The position numbers and the translations under genes were made by a program. Positions 17,997-28,159 of a stretch of DNA of 64,000 bases are shown piece by piece (positions within the stretch are counted from its first letter, which is position 1; each line of letters starts with the position of its first letter). The stretch lies in assembly GCA_013202845.1 (NCBI GenBank), contig JABMPT010000011.1:7669-71668 (forward strand). The letters run 5' to 3'. The notes under the pieces are model-generated. The model saw only the letters and a program-made list of their open reading frames with translations. It was not told where the DNA came from and made no database searches. Source of the DNA: Candidatus Woesearchaeota archaeon. Its GTDB lineage: Archaea; Nanobdellota; Nanobdellia; Woesearchaeales; GCA-2686295.

Positions 17997-19001
17997 ATGC
18001 AGGAAGCATTGTATTATAATTCTAAAAAGGATGGCGTTGTTCAGTGCGTGCTTTGCCCCAGGAACTGCTATATTCAGCCTGAAAAGGTCGGTTTCTGCCT
18101 TGTAAGAAAGAATATTGATGGCAAACTCTACACATTGGTTTACAGCAGGGTTGCTGGTGGCTTGGCTATTGACCCGATTGAGAAGAAACCCTTGTTTCAT
18201 TTCTTGCCCGGAACTCCTGTTTTGAGTTTTGGAACTGTTGGCTGTAACCTGCATTGCAAGCACTGCCAGAACTGGACCACTTCTCAGGTTGATGCTGGCC
18301 AGTCTTTTGAAAAGACCATCACTCCTGAAGAAATCGTCAAGGCTGCAAAAGAAAAAGGATGTGATAGCATTGCATACACTTACAATGAACCCACAATATT
18401 CTATGAGTTCATGCTTGACACTGCAAAGCTTGCAAAGAAAGCAGGTATCAAGAACACCATGGTGACTAATGGTTTCGTAAACCCTAAACCTTTGAAAGAA
18501 CTTTGCAAATACATGGATGGAGTCAATGTTGATTTGAAAGGTTTCACAAATTTCTTTTATGGCAAGACAACAACTGCCTGGCTTCAGCCAGTTTTAGATA
18601 CTTTGAAAACTTTGAAAAAGGAAAAAGTGTGGTCTGAAATAACCAACCTAATAATACCTACACTGAATGATAATCTGGATGATATAAAAAAGATGTGCGA
18701 GTGGATCAAGAAGAACCTAGGTGTGGATGTTCCTCTGCACTTCACTGCTTTCCATCCTGATTTCGAACTTCGGAATCTGCCACAGACCCCAATAACAACT
18801 CTGGTTAATGCTTATGATATTGCAAAGAGCTTTGGATTGAGATATGTGTATGTCGGCAATATCATTGCAAGGGATTATGAAAACACCCATTGTGCAAAAT
18901 GCAATGCTTTGTTGATTGAAAGATTGGGTTTTAATGTTTTGCAGAATAACATTGTTAATGGTAAATGTTCTTGCGGTGAAAAAATCGCCGGAGTGTTTTA
19001 G
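17997..19001 (+). CDS. amrS: AmmeMemoRadiSam system radical SAM enzyme
   Basis: CVLCPRNC, DPIEKKPLFHF.PG, GCNLHCKHCQNW, AYTYNEP, PLHFTAFHP. Confidence 0.92.
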   Translation: MQEALYYNSKKDGVVQCVLCPRNCYIQPEKVGFCLVRKNIDGKLYTLVYSRVAGGLAIDPIEKKPLFHFLPGTPVLSFGTVGCNLHCKHCQNWTTSQVDAGQSFEKTITPEEIVKAAKEKGCDSIAYTYNEPTIFYEFMLDTAKLAKKAGIKNTMVTNGFVNPKPLKELCKYMDGVNVDLKGFTNFFYGKTTTAWLQPVLDTLKTLKKEKVWSEITNLIIPTLNDNLDDIKKMCEWIKKNLGVDVPLHFTAFHPDFELRNLPQTPITTLVNAYDIAKSFGLRYVYVGNIIARDYENTHCAKCNALLIERLGFNVLQNNIVNGKCSCGEKIAGVF

Positions 19002-19714
19002 TACTCTTCGTGATAGATGTTTTCTTTCTTAACACCCAATTCTATGAGTTTTTGTTTTGACTGCTCTACCATTATTGGTAGTCCACAAAGATACGCTTGT
19101 TTGTTCTCAAATCCATCAACATATTGCTCTAGCAGGTCCTGAACATATCCTATTTCTCCATTCCAACTTTTCTCTGGATTACTCAAACAAATTATCAAGT
19201 GAAAGTTCTCATGTTCTTTGTCCCATTGATATAACTCATCTGCGTATATTATCTCTTTCATCTTTCTCACACCAAAGAAGAGATAGAACTCTTTTGGGTT
19301 ATGGTCGCGGAAAACTTTTCTTAGCATACTCATGAAAGGAGCTATACCGCTTCCAGTCGCCATGAAGATGTCTCCTTCCTGTATCGGTTCTTTGAGTATG
19401 AACTGGCCGAATGGACCTGCTACTTCTATTAAAGATCCTTCATTCAAGCAAAAAAGGTAGTCAGTCAACTTGCCGCCTGGCACATGTTTGATGATTAATT
19501 CAATGTATTCTGCGTGTTTGAAATCCTTTGGCGGAGGTGATACAATGGAGTATGCTCTCTTTACTTCTTCGCCATGGAGATTGGCTTTCAGCATCACGAA
19601 CTGTCCTGCCTGATACGGAAAATGCTTGCCATCTTCAAGTCTAAATAGGAACGATTTGGCATTATGGATTAATTCTTTAATCTCGACTATTTCTGCATTG
19701 AAAAATTCCATCAC
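18998..19714 (-). CDS. FAD/NAD(P)-binding ferredoxin reductase (FNR-like)
   Basis: AGQF, RAYSI, GPFG, ATGSGIAPF, YLCG and terminal aromatic residue. Confidence 0.88.
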   Translation of the reverse strand: MMEFFNAEIVEIKELIHNAKSFLFRLEDGKHFPYQAGQFVMLKANLHGEEVKRAYSIVSPPPKDFKHAEYIELIIKHVPGGKLTDYLFCLNEGSLIEVAGPFGQFILKEPIQEGDIFMATGSGIAPFMSMLRKVFRDHNPKEFYLFFGVRKMKEIIYADELYQWDKEHENFHLIICLSNPEKSWNGEIGYVQDLLEQYVDGFENKQAYLCGLPIMVEQSKQKLIELGVKKENIYHEEY

Positions 19715-19774
19715 TATTCCTCTTATATTATATTTATATAAACTTTTAGAACTATTTTATAATAAATAAAAAAA

Positions 19775-20722
19775 TCAGTGGTCCCAGTCGATACTGACTT
19801 TTCCTTTTGCACCGCTAAGATAATGATAGCATTGCAGGGCAGCTTTTGCTCCTTCTCCTGCAGAGATTACTGTTTGTTTGAAAGCCACATTACTGACATC
19901 ACCACATGCAAATATTCCTGGCTCCGAGGTTTCACAGTTCTGATTGGATATAATCTCATTCTGCTCGTTTCTCTTGACGAGGTGTCCGATGAAGTCACTG
20001 TCAACTTTGAAACCTATCTCAACGAACACGCCATCAACTTCCAGTGTTTTCTGCTTCTTTGTGTTCACGTCCTCAACTACAAGTCCTTCTACAAATTGGT
20101 TTCCTTTGACTTCTATTGGGACATGACTAAGGACTAGGTCAATATTATCCTGCTTTTTGACTCTATCTACTTCTGCCTCATCGCCTCTAAACTCGTCTCT
20201 TCTGTGGATTAGATAAATCTTCTTTGCGAGGCTTGACAATTCCCACGCGCCTCCTAAGGCTGAGTTTCCTCCTCCAACAACTGCAACTGTTTTGTCCTTG
20301 TACAATGGAGCGTCACAAGTCACGCATGTTGATACCCCCTTACCCATGAACTTATCTTCTCCAGGTATTCCTAAGCTAAGAGGTGTTTTTCCAAATGCCA
20401 GAATGATTGCTCTGGCCTCATAAGATGTTTTATCGATTAGGTCAACTTTGAAACCATCACCTTTCTTATCAACTTTGACAACTTTCCCAGTTATCATCTC
20501 TGCACCCCATTTCATTGCCTGGGTCTGGAACTTTGTCATTAATTCATAACCATTAACCTCTTCAAAACCCGGATAGTTCTCTATCCTGCTAGGGATAGAT
20601 GTCTGTCCTCCAACATCCATGCTTATTATCAGTGTTTTCAGGTTTTTTCTACTAGTGTATAATCCTGCAGTCATTCCTGCAGCGCCAGCACCTATTATTA
20701 TGACATCGTACATATTAATCAT
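19775..20722 (-). CDS. trxB: Thioredoxin reductase
   Basis: DVIIIGAGAAG, CVTCD active site, VVGGGNSA, HRRDEFR; start at 20722 or 20713. Confidence 0.92.
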   Translation of the reverse strand: MINMYDVIIIGAGAAGMTAGLYTSRKNLKTLIISMDVGGQTSIPSRIENYPGFEEVNGYELMTKFQTQAMKWGAEMITGKVVKVDKKGDGFKVDLIDKTSYEARAIILAFGKTPLSLGIPGEDKFMGKGVSTCVTCDAPLYKDKTVAVVGGGNSALGGAWELSSLAKKIYLIHRRDEFRGDEAEVDRVKKQDNIDLVLSHVPIEVKGNQFVEGLVVEDVNTKKQKTLEVDGVFVEIGFKVDSDFIGHLVKRNEQNEIISNQNCETSEPGIFACGDVSNVAFKQTVISAGEGAKAALQCYHYLSGAKGKVSIDWDH

Positions 20723-21963
20723 CCTTTTTTTAGAGAACCACGCCACTCCAATACCTTAACCATTTTTCTGATTGCATGGATATAAGCAGCAGTTCCGAAA
20801 TCTACTTTGAACTCTTTTGATACAGAGTAAACACTGTCAAAGGCATCACACATTTTTATCTTTAGTTTTTCCAGAACCTCTTTCTCACTCCATGAATATC
20901 CAATGTTATTCTGAACCCATTCAAAATAGCTGACAGCAACTCCACCAGAGTTCGCTAAAATATCAGGGATTGCAATCTGCCCCTTCTTGAATAGAATTTC
21001 TCTTGCTTCTGCGCTTGCCGGACCATTTGCTAATTCCAAGATTATCTTTGCCTTTATTTTGTTGGCGTTCTTGCTTGTTATAACACTTTCAAGAGCAGCA
21101 GGTATCAAAACATCGACATTTAACTCAAGTAATTCTTCATTCAATATCTTTTTTGCTCCTTTGTAGTTCATGACTGTCTTTGTTTTTTTCTTGATATCCA
21201 TTGCTTTTTTTATGTCAAGACCTTTAGGATCATATATTCCTCCTTTTGAGTCTGAAACAGCAACCACTTTGTAGCCATCTTTCGCAGCTAGTTCTGCAGC
21301 TGTCATTCCAGCATTTCCAAAACCCTGAATCGCTATTGTTGGCTTTTTGATTCTTAAAGTTTTCAATGCCTCTTCTAACACATATACTCCTCCTTGGGCT
21401 GTTGCTTGTGCTCTTCCTTCAGAGCCTCCGAGCTCCAATGGTTTTCCTGTTATCATTCCAAAGACATTATGTCCTTCTATCCTGTGGTATTCATCTACCA
21501 TCCAGGCCATTACTTGCGGATTTGTATATACATCTGGGGCAGGAATGTCTTTTTCAGGACCTATGAATTTATGCATTGCTTCTATATACCCTCTGCTAAG
21601 TTTTTCTAACTCACCATCTGACATCTCTTTAGGATTACAGATTACACCGCCTTTTCCTCCACCAAATGGAACATCAACAACAGTGTTTTTCCAGGTCATC
21701 CAAAAAGCTAATGCCTTTACTTCATCGATAGACACACCAGGGTGGTATCTTATACCCCCTTTTGTTGGTCCTCTTAGGTCGTTGAATTGTACCCTGAATC
21801 CTTGGAAGACTTTCATCTTCCCATCATCCATTCTCACAGGTATTGAGACTTGGAATATCCTCTTTGGATTAGTCAATAGTTCAACAATACTCTTATCAAG
21901 TTTTAGAACTTTCGCAGCTTTGTTGAATTGTTCGAGAGCTTCATACCATATAGTTTTAGTCAT
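20719..21963 (-). CDS. gdhA: Glutamate dehydrogenase
   Basis: KGGIRYHP, GGGKGG, DIPAPDV, QGFGNAG, ELANGP, SYFEWVQN. Confidence 0.95.
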   Translation of the reverse strand: MTKTIWYEALEQFNKAAKVLKLDKSIVELLTNPKRIFQVSIPVRMDDGKMKVFQGFRVQFNDLRGPTKGGIRYHPGVSIDEVKALAFWMTWKNTVVDVPFGGGKGGVICNPKEMSDGELEKLSRGYIEAMHKFIGPEKDIPAPDVYTNPQVMAWMVDEYHRIEGHNVFGMITGKPLELGGSEGRAQATAQGGVYVLEEALKTLRIKKPTIAIQGFGNAGMTAAELAAKDGYKVVAVSDSKGGIYDPKGLDIKKAMDIKKKTKTVMNYKGAKKILNEELLELNVDVLIPAALESVITSKNANKIKAKIILELANGPASAEAREILFKKGQIAIPDILANSGGVAVSYFEWVQNNIGYSWSEKEVLEKLKIKMCDAFDSVYSVSKEFKVDFGTAAYIHAIRKMVKVLEWRGSLKKG

Positions 21964-22071
21964 TTTGATACTGTCGAAATTGGTTTGTTTAATAAAGTTA
22001 ACTGTTTAAGCTCAAAGGAAAATTTAGACAATTGCACAAAAAATATAAATAAGCCCTGTGAACACAAAACA

Positions 22072-22797
22072 ATGTCATTCAAACTGATAACCTTGAACAT
22101 TGAAAAAAACAGACACCTACACACAGTAATACCATTCCTGAAAAAAGAGAAACCTGATGTTCTTTGCCTGCAGGAAGTATATGATTGTGACTTTGAGAAA
22201 TATAAAGAAGTTTCTGGCTTAGATGGAGTTTTTATTCCTATGTTCAAAGGCATAACCAAACCAACTAAAAACACTGACCCGAACGTTGTTCAGGGAAATG
22301 CTCTATTGACAAATTTTCCGAATAATGGAATCAAAGTAACCACTTACTTTGGAGATGAAAATGTCCCTCGATTCACTACAATCGCAAACATACCTAGAAA
22401 ATTATCATATACAACTATTGAAGTTAACGGTGAAAAATATACTATTGGTACAACCCATTTTACCTGGACTCCTGACGGTGAAGCAGATGATCCTCAAAGG
22501 AGAACCTTTAAAGAATTAATGAAAGTACTGAAACGATTCGATGAATTGATTCTTTGCGGAGACTTCAACGCGCCAAGAGGTAAAGAGATTTTCAAGAAGT
22601 TTGAAGAACGTTTCAAGGACAATATTCCTTTGGATGTTGATACAACTCTTGATTTAAAATTACATAAAAAAGCTCCTCTAGTTTACGTTGTTGACAATAT
22701 ATTCACAACACCTGCCTACAAAGTTTCTAATGTCAGAGTTGTAGATGGAGTGAGTGATCATAAAGCGGTGATTGGAGAAGTAGATAAAGCTTTATAA
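22072..22797 (+). CDS. Endonuclease/exonuclease/phosphatase family protein
   Basis: ITLNI, LCLQEV, CGDFN, DNIF and SDH motifs; start moved to ATG 22072. Confidence 0.88.
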   Translation: MSFKLITLNIEKNRHLHTVIPFLKKEKPDVLCLQEVYDCDFEKYKEVSGLDGVFIPMFKGITKPTKNTDPNVVQGNALLTNFPNNGIKVTTYFGDENVPRFTTIANIPRKLSYTTIEVNGEKYTIGTTHFTWTPDGEADDPQRRTFKELMKVLKRFDELILCGDFNAPRGKEIFKKFEERFKDNIPLDVDTTLDLKLHKKAPLVYVVDNIFTTPAYKVSNVRVVDGVSDHKAVIGEVDKAL

Positions 22798-22836
22798 AAG
22801 AAGAAGAAAAACATTCTAGAAAAGGAGTTGATATTT

Positions 22837-23265
22837 ATGACTATTAAGAAAGGAGACAAAGTAAAAGTTGAGTATACAGGAACATTTGATGATGGTACTG
22901 TTTTTGACGCTTCTGAGAAACATGGTAAGCCGCTAGAGTTTGAAGTTGGCGCCAAGCAAGTTATCAAAGGTTTTGATGACGCTGTTGTCGGCATGAAGAA
23001 AGGTGAAGAGAAAGAAATCAAATTAGCATCAAAAGAAGCTTACGGTGACCCAAATCCAATGCTTGTGAAGAAGGTTCCAAGAGAACAGCTTCCAAAAGAT
23101 CAGGACCCAAAACCAGGAATGATGCTGGTTATCGGCACACCTGACGGCAAACAGATTCCTGCAAGGATAACAGATGTTACTGACAAGGAAATCACAGTGG
23201 ATATCAATCATCCATTGGCAGGAAAGAACTTGAACTTCAAGCTAAAAATAGCTGATATTTCTTAA
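22837..23265 (+). CDS. FKBP-type peptidyl-prolyl isomerase (SlyD-like)
   Basis: VEYTGTFDDGTVFD, EAYG, DINHPLAGKNLNF. Confidence 0.93.
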   Translation: MTIKKGDKVKVEYTGTFDDGTVFDASEKHGKPLEFEVGAKQVIKGFDDAVVGMKKGEEKEIKLASKEAYGDPNPMLVKKVPREQLPKDQDPKPGMMLVIGTPDGKQIPARITDVTDKEITVDINHPLAGKNLNFKLKIADIS

Positions 23266-23564
23266 GTTCTTATTTTATTTTTACTTTTTGTATAAGCACT
23301 AGTTCTATCTGCAAAAACCATAGTTTTCCAAATAACTAATATAACTATAGTAATCACTACTCCAAGCAAAAAGTCCAACATTATTTTTTCTCCTATCAAA
23401 AAAAGTTCCCCATTCCATAGATGGTCAACCATTCCAAAGACTGCTCCTCCTATAAGCAAGTGACTCAGCCATTGATGATATTTATCATTCTTCCAAGAAT
23501 TAACTCTTTTCTTCAAGAAATAATGTGCTATAGCAGCTAGTGTCGGTATTGCATAACAAGTCAT
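23262..23564 (-). CDS. Small membrane protein
   Basis: Hydrophobic segments around GGAVFGMVDHLWNGELF; GGGGTGA RBS. Confidence 0.65.
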   Translation of the reverse strand: MTCYAIPTLAAIAHYFLKKRVNSWKNDKYHQWLSHLLIGGAVFGMVDHLWNGELFLIGEKIMLDFLLGVVITIVILVIWKTMVFADRTSAYTKSKNKIRT

Positions 23565-23578
23565 TCATCTCACCCCTT

Positions 23579-24064
23579 TTATTTATTACTCCATTCACCT
23601 ACTTCTTTTCCTTTCAAGTGAGCATCTAGCATTTCTAGTTCTTCATAGATACCTTCAATCAAATCATATTTCTTTGCTTCTTCTAATGTGACCCATGCAT
23701 GATCAGTCATGTCTTCACAGAGTTTTACATCTCCACTATCATAGTCAGCATACAAACTTACTACAACAACAGGTATCTTATCAGGTCTTATGAAAGAAAG
23801 GCTTGTCAGGTACTTGATATTCTTTATTTTGAGATTAGTCTCTTCTATCACTTCCCTTTTCAGTAATACTTCGAAAACATTATACCAGTGGTGATCAGTA
23901 TCTTTAGGCCTGCTAGTGTAATCATCCTTTTCTAATTTACCACCTGGCACTGTCCACCTGTTTGGAAAAACTTTCTCATGCGCGGCTCTCTTTGTGACCA
24001 AGTATTTTCCATCTTTGATTATTATTCCTGTAACAACAACATAGTGCGCTTTGTTTTCATCCAT
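23579..24064 (-). CDS. NUDIX hydrolase
   Basis: WTVPGGKLE...(insert)...LKREVIEETNL Nudix box. Confidence 0.88.
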   Translation of the reverse strand: MDENKAHYVVVTGIIIKDGKYLVTKRAAHEKVFPNRWTVPGGKLEKDDYTSRPKDTDHHWYNVFEVLLKREVIEETNLKIKNIKYLTSLSFIRPDKIPVVVVSLYADYDSGDVKLCEDMTDHAWVTLEEAKKYDLIEGIYEELEMLDAHLKGKEVGEWSNK

Positions 24065-24066
24065 CT

Positions 24067-25311
24067 TTATCTCTTTGTCAAGTTTTTAGCTACTTCACTT
24101 GCTTTTTCCAATATTTCCTCTTCATCCTTCACTTTTCTGTTCTGCATCAACACTTTTCCATCGCAAATGGTTGTGTCAACGCAGGAGCCATTTGCAGAGT
24201 ATACAAGGTTTGAAATCAAATGATGCGCAGGTGTGAGATTAATATCTTTTAGATTTATTAAGAGTAAATCTGCCAGTTTTCCTTCTTTGATTTCCCCCAT
24301 GTTTAATTTAAATGCTTTTGCTCCGTTTATGGTTGCCATTTTGAAAGCTTCTACTGCAGGCATTGTTGTAGGATTTCCCTGAGCTTTCTGGAGCAAAGCT
24401 GCAAACTTCATCTCTTCAATCATGTCAAGATTGTTGTTGGAAGCGCATCCATCAGTTCCCAAAGCAATGCATAATCCCTTCATCTTATCATACGGCAAGA
24501 CACCTGAAGATAATTTCATGTTGGAAGATGGGTTGTGGGCTATCTTTACACCATATTTCTTCAGCAATTGAATCTCTTTGTCATTAACCCAGATAGAATG
24601 TGCAGCTAGAACTCTTGGTCCTAGGACACCTATTTTTTCAAGGTATTCTATTGGCCTCATCTTGTGCTGCTTCAAGCAGTCATCAACTTCTTTTTTTGAT
24701 TCTGAAGTATGTATATGGATTAGGACATCATTCTTATCTGAAAATTCTTTTGCCCAAACCAGGCTTTTCTTGGATACAGTATACATGGAGTGGGGTCCGA
24801 GAGCAAACATTACTTTGTCAGAGTATTTCTTTACTTCCTCATACACTTTTTTGTTAAGCTTAATATTCTCATCAGCCTTGTTTTCATCAAACAAGTCAAT
24901 GAAAACCTCTGAGATTGCAGCTCTTATCCCTGTTTCCTCAACTGCTCTTGCTGTGCCGTGAAAATGCCAGTACATGTCGTTGAAAAAAGTTGTTCCTGAC
25001 TTTATCATTTCTAAGCAGGCGAGTTTTGAACCCCAGTACACATCTTTCTCTGTCATCTTCTCTTCCAATGGCCAGATCTTCTGTTGCAGCCAATCCATCA
25101 CATTCATATCATCTGCGTAACCCCTCATCAAAGTCATGGCTGCATGTGTGTGAGCATTTACAAAAGAAGGAATAGCCGCTTTGTTCTTCCCATCTATTTT
25201 ATGATCTGCTTCTGTATTTATAGAATCATTTATCTCTTTAATTTTATTATCTTCAATATAGATATCCTTTTTCTTATGATTTAGCGAAACGTTCTTGATG
25301 ATTATACTCAT
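24067..25311 (-). CDS. mtaD: 5'-methylthioadenosine/S-adenosylhomocysteine deaminase-like amidohydrolase
   Basis: NAHTHAAM, GPHS.Y, HIHTSE, HNPSSNMKL, LGTDGCASNN; coupled to an MTAP-family gene. Confidence 0.8.
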   Translation of the reverse strand: MSIIIKNVSLNHKKKDIYIEDNKIKEINDSINTEADHKIDGKNKAAIPSFVNAHTHAAMTLMRGYADDMNVMDWLQQKIWPLEEKMTEKDVYWGSKLACLEMIKSGTTFFNDMYWHFHGTARAVEETGIRAAISEVFIDLFDENKADENIKLNKKVYEEVKKYSDKVMFALGPHSMYTVSKKSLVWAKEFSDKNDVLIHIHTSESKKEVDDCLKQHKMRPIEYLEKIGVLGPRVLAAHSIWVNDKEIQLLKKYGVKIAHNPSSNMKLSSGVLPYDKMKGLCIALGTDGCASNNNLDMIEEMKFAALLQKAQGNPTTMPAVEAFKMATINGAKAFKLNMGEIKEGKLADLLLINLKDINLTPAHHLISNLVYSANGSCVDTTICDGKVLMQNRKVKDEEEILEKASEVAKNLTKR

Positions 25312-25925
25312 AATACTGCCTCCAGTAATTTCAAGATTTTTTCCTTGTTTTTTTCTTGGTTCTTATTCACATTCTCAATACTTATTTCTTCATCAGTCAA
25401 ACCATTTGCAAAATTATCCACAGAGCAAATTGCAGCGTATTTCATTCCTAGCTCTTTTGCCAGTGTTGCTTCGTTTGCCATTGTCATGCCGACAATATCT
25501 GCATAGTTCTTTATCATGTTTATCTCTGCCTTTGTTTCGAGTCTTGGACCGGTTGTTTGGATATAGACTCCTTTATTGACAATGCTAATGCCTTTCTTTG
25601 CAGCTTCAATTATTTTATTCCTTAACTCTTCATCCAGGCTTGGTGTGATGTGAACTGCTTCCAAATCATTATATGTCTGCATATTTGTTAGATTGATATA
25701 GTCATGCGGTATAACAATTGAACCTGGTGGAATATCTAGTTTTAACGAACCAACAGAGCATACACCAATAACCTTGTCAACTCCTTTTTCTTTCAAAGAT
25801 AAAAGGTTGGCTTTGTGATCTATCTTATGCGGCGGAATACCTTCACCGTGTCTTTGCAGAAATACAGCTCCTTGCTTCCCAAAATCCTTAAAACCGGATC
25901 CACCTATAACAGCTATTTCCCCCAT
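25308..25925 (-). CDS. MTAP-family purine nucleoside phosphorylase (possibly methylthioinosine-specific)
   Basis: IGGSG, RHG..IPPH, GPRLETKAE, VGMT, VDN. Confidence 0.88.
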   Translation of the reverse strand: MGEIAVIGGSGFKDFGKQGAVFLQRHGEGIPPHKIDHKANLLSLKEKGVDKVIGVCSVGSLKLDIPPGSIVIPHDYINLTNMQTYNDLEAVHITPSLDEELRNKIIEAAKKGISIVNKGVYIQTTGPRLETKAEINMIKNYADIVGMTMANEATLAKELGMKYAAICSVDNFANGLTDEEISIENVNKNQEKNKEKILKLLEAVL

Positions 25926-25981
25926 TAGGATAAGAACTACTATGGTTATTTATATAATTTATTGAAAAGGAAAGGAAAAAA

Positions 25982-26881
25982 TTAAAGTTTTTTTGCCATT
26001 GCTTGTATTATTTCATAAGCAACTTTAGGCCTATCTTCTGCTTTTCTGATTGCGCTTCCAATAACAAGTATTGAGTTTGAGCAATCTTTTACCGCAAGAT
26101 CTGGAGTGTATAATTGTTTTTGTTTATCTCCGTGTAATCCAGCCCATTCAATTCCAGGAGTGACATATACCATATCTCCAAATTCTCGCTGTAACATTCC
26201 TGCTTTATTTGCAGGGCAAACTACTCCATCAAGGCCCCACTCTACTGCTAAACCAGTTCTTAATCTAACTAACTCATCAAAAGTTTTATCATAACCAATT
26301 TTCTTGAGTTCTGCATCATCAAGACTTGTAAGAACAGTTACACCAATAATTTTTGGCATTTCCATTTTTTGAACTAGTGACAAACCCTTATTATACTTCT
26401 CTGTTGCTTCATATGCTTGCTCAACAGCTTTTTTACAAACATTTTCCCCACTTGAAATATGTAAGTTCATCATGTGAACTCCAGGTCTAGAATTTCTTGC
26501 TGATGCTTGACCAACAGTGAATTGTGTGTCATGAAATTTCAAGTCCAAAAAAATATTTCCATCATAAAGTTGAGACCCCATAACATTAGTCATAAAAAAT
26601 AAAGAATCTTTTCTATTGGTAGTTTCAAGATAAGTTCTTGTTTTTTCATCAAGACCGGATATAAATGGTTTAAATTGTTCATAGTATATTTCTTGCAAAA
26701 CACCTCTTGTTGACCAAGCAATTTCAGAATGCAGTTCTTTTCCAACTTTGAACATTCCAACAAAAGGATTTAATTCTTTTACTGCTTCCAAAGCTTGTTG
26801 AACATCCATGTTATCCAATGCAAAACAAACTCTTTGCCTGGCAAGTTCTTCTTTTTCTGTTAATTTAATCAATTCACTCAT
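25982..26881 (-). CDS. pyrF: Orotidine 5'-phosphate decarboxylase with an insertion
   Basis: FALD, FKVG, FLDLKFHD, GVTVLTS, VTPGI. Confidence 0.88.
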   Translation of the reverse strand: MSELIKLTEKEELARQRVCFALDNMDVQQALEAVKELNPFVGMFKVGKELHSEIAWSTRGVLQEIYYEQFKPFISGLDEKTRTYLETTNRKDSLFFMTNVMGSQLYDGNIFLDLKFHDTQFTVGQASARNSRPGVHMMNLHISSGENVCKKAVEQAYEATEKYNKGLSLVQKMEMPKIIGVTVLTSLDDAELKKIGYDKTFDELVRLRTGLAVEWGLDGVVCPANKAGMLQREFGDMVYVTPGIEWAGLHGDKQKQLYTPDLAVKDCSNSILVIGSAIRKAEDRPKVAYEIIQAMAKKL

Positions 26882-26882
26882 T

Positions 26883-28040
26883 TTATTGTCCTCCCAGTTT
26901 CAATTCCTGCAATCCATATGTTTCAAATTCTTCTTGTATTGCTTTTCCGAGTTCTGGTCCATGCCCACTTTGCTTGAAAACTGTTGGCAAAATGTCTGGT
27001 GCGTTCAGCATTGCATGGTATGGAAATTTAGAGTCCGTAAATGCTTGAGCTACACTCATCCCACCCGGATATTCCAACCCACTCGCACTTTCGTATATTT
27101 TTCTGAAAGCTTCAACGACTGCATCATCGTCCAAACCTGGAATAGGCGAATACTCCATTCTATTTGACAATGCAATCTGCCTTACAACATTTATTCCTGA
27201 GTCTCTTAAATGATGTGCGCTTGCTAAAGAAGAAGTTCCTGTGGTTGTAACATCTTCAATTTGCACAATACCATCATATGTAAGGTCATACAATGAAGGT
27301 TCATTGACAAAGAAAAGTTCAAGTCCTTTTATTTGTGGTGTTTTATTGAATGCGCCTAATGTCAAAGCATCTTTTGTGTTTAGGCCTGTGTAGACAACTC
27401 CAACTATTTCTGTGTTCGGCATTGTGAATAAAGATTCGAATATTTCTTCTTTAGCATAATCTCCATCTATAACCAGAACTGTTTTTCCTTTTGGCATACC
27501 TACAAATTTATTTTGGTCTTTTTCATCGCCATGTGATTTTGTCACTGTTCTAAACATTGGCAAATTCGATTTCTCTAGACTGAAATTATGAGATTTAGCC
27601 CATTCAAACTGTGTTATAAGACCAAGTTCCCTTGCTGGTGTATACGCAGGATAACCTATAAAACAGTCAGGGTCTAAACTTTTCGTTTTATCAATAATAT
27701 TTCCTGCAATTTGCGTAAGTTCATCAGGGTTCAATGTTTTACGTGCCTGAGGATCTTTCAGGATTGGAGAACTTTCAATATGACTCATAACAACTCCAAT
27801 CTTTGTTGCACCTTCTGGAACTCCATAGTATGTCAGGCTTTTATCATCTACATTCCAATTAAACGCTATAACATGCTTAGCCAATTCATATAATGTGGCT
27901 GCATTGTTTGTCACATCCCTCCAATTGATGTACCAGTGAGACTCTCTTTTTGACTTTAATGTAAATACTTCTGGCTTTATACCAACAACTTCTTGTTCTA
28001 GAACAAATTTTTTGAATTTAACTTGATCAAATTCACCCAT
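26883..28040 (-). CDS. pyrE: Enlarged orotate phosphoribosyltransferase-like protein
   Basis: FTLKSKRESHWYIN hood, KSHG loop, IEDVTTTGTS PRPP motif; adjacent to pyrF. Confidence 0.72.
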   Translation of the reverse strand: MGEFDQVKFKKFVLEQEVVGIKPEVFTLKSKRESHWYINWRDVTNNAATLYELAKHVIAFNWNVDDKSLTYYGVPEGATKIGVVMSHIESSPILKDPQARKTLNPDELTQIAGNIIDKTKSLDPDCFIGYPAYTPARELGLITQFEWAKSHNFSLEKSNLPMFRTVTKSHGDEKDQNKFVGMPKGKTVLVIDGDYAKEEIFESLFTMPNTEIVGVVYTGLNTKDALTLGAFNKTPQIKGLELFFVNEPSLYDLTYDGIVQIEDVTTTGTSSLASAHHLRDSGINVVRQIALSNRMEYSPIPGLDDDAVVEAFRKIYESASGLEYPGGMSVAQAFTDSKFPYHAMLNAPDILPTVFKQSGHGPELGKAIQEEFETYGLQELKLGGQ

Positions 28041-28159
28041 TTAATGCACCCCGCAAGTACTTGAAAGAAGGGACAGTATTAAATTATATAAATTTATCTA
28101 TTCTAAAATAGTAACAACTTAGCAAAGTATTTAAATATTATATTGCTCCTAGAACGAAA

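Noticed and set aside
21347-22009. 220-aa antisense ORF over gdhA, and similar shadow ORFs such as 32460..33110, 5855..6370 and 8991..9407
   Set aside because: Antisense shadows of well-conserved genes with no independent motifs
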